From the NCBI GenBank assembly GCA_024137785.1, contig JAHRHZ010000058.1:17562599-17626598 (forward strand): 64,000 bases of DNA, read 5' to 3'. The DNA comes from Ginglymostoma cirratum (lineage: Eukaryota). The notes beneath the pieces are model-generated. The model was not told the origin of the DNA, did no database searches, and was given only the letters and a program-made list of their open reading frames with translations. Every line of letters begins with the position of its first letter. The first letter of the stretch is position 1. This document shows, piece after piece, positions 63,163 to 64,000 of the stretch. Position numbers and translations under genes: made by a program.

Positions 63163-63398
63163 GCATGTCTAAATATAGACTGCATTCACAAGAAATGTAT
63201 AGCTGGTCACATGTTTTTATTTTGATTGCCTCTCTTAAATGTGCACAAGCTAAGAAGCCTAATATAGGAAGAAGCACTGCAAATCTTGGCCACTTTTCCA
63301 TGCAGCCAGACAACATGGCCAATTTCATCTTAGCCTAAAGTGTCTGCCAGGAAAAACATGAAGTTATACATCACTCAATTGTTCTATTTCTCATGCAG

Positions 63399-63530
63399 TC
63401 CCACCCAGCATTGAAGGCTTGGCAGAGGAAAAAATCAATGAGGTCATTAACAACCCTGTCACTTTTGCATGTGATGCTACTGGCATTCCTCCACCAACAT
63501 TAACTTGGCTGAAGAACGGGAGGACTATTG
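63399..63530 (+). CDS. HMCN1: HMCN1 exon (Ig N-half), phase 1-1
   Basis: atgcag|TCCCACCC...ACTATTG|gtaagc; VPPSIEGLAEEKINEVINNPVTFACDATGIPPPTLTWLKNGRTI; 132 nt. Confidence 0.94.
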
Positions 63531-64000
63531 GTAAGCTACTGCTACTGTTGTATTGGATCAAATTTGGAAGGATGTTTTTGCTTCCATCAGGCTGGGTAAG
63601 TAATGCCCCCCAGTGGTCTAACTGAAAATACCAGCACAAATTGTCTGGATAAAAAGAATTTTCGCTTTTGGTATCACCCTTCTCTTAGTAGAAGGTTTCA
63701 TTTAATTCCATTTAATCAAAATCATAGCACCTGCAGATTTTATTTCATTGACTCTTTTCTGCTTTTCAAATTTTATCTGCAAAGTAAATAGCAAAATGCA
63801 TATAATCAATTCTGAGAGTTAGTTATAATGCTGTATTGATTAATGAGGTTGCCATTAGGTGTACAGATGGCTGTTTGTTGCTCAAGTGGTACAACTGAGG
63901 TCAGAGTCTTAATTTTCACGTTGGTGTCCAAAATGTCACCTCATATGAGTTGTACTGCACCAATGAAGTAAAAGGTTGTTCTGCTCTTTTGCTATAGCTC

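Larger units (their letters stand above)
100..63530 (+). other. HMCN1: Internal portion of hemicentin-1 gene (19 coding exons; 9 complete + 2 partial I-set Ig domains)
   Basis: 19 AG/GT-bounded exons join with compatible phases into a stop-free 963-codon frame of repeated PP-x-I...C...G.P.P...W.KDG...L.I......D.G.Y.C.A.N.AG modules. The order and sequence of domains match my recollection of vertebrate HMCN1 (e.g. NNPISLYCETNA.PPP.LTWYKDG). HMCN1 versus HMCN2 was not verified by search. Confidence 0.88.

Overview
Eukaryotic (vertebrate, most likely shark/elasmobranch from the repeat content) genomic DNA. It holds 19 consecutive internal coding exons (2,889 nt, 963 codons, + strand, all GT-AG, one open frame) of a tandem I-set Ig-domain extracellular matrix gene that I recognise as hemicentin-1 (HMCN1). 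The gene starts and ends outside the window. The introns carry CR1/HER1-type, L2-type and RTE-type LINE fragments, V-SINE (HE1-like) and Deu-SINE (SacSINE1-like) copies, and a probable solo LTR. The most interesting signal is a Penelope-like retroelement (PLE) system. One young 2.4-kb head-to-head inverted insertion (21408-23812) has an open RT-tail + GIY-YIG ORF, a 13-bp TSD and a minimal hammerhead ribozyme on each arm. About eleven short derivatives (mostly 90-250 bp) from several subfamilies consist of little more than the hammerhead plus the PLE 3' tail. Many are fold-back palindromes with 10-16-bp TSDs, and one arm is reproducibly about 31-42 nt shorter than the other. All calls are by eye; no database searches or folding programs were run.
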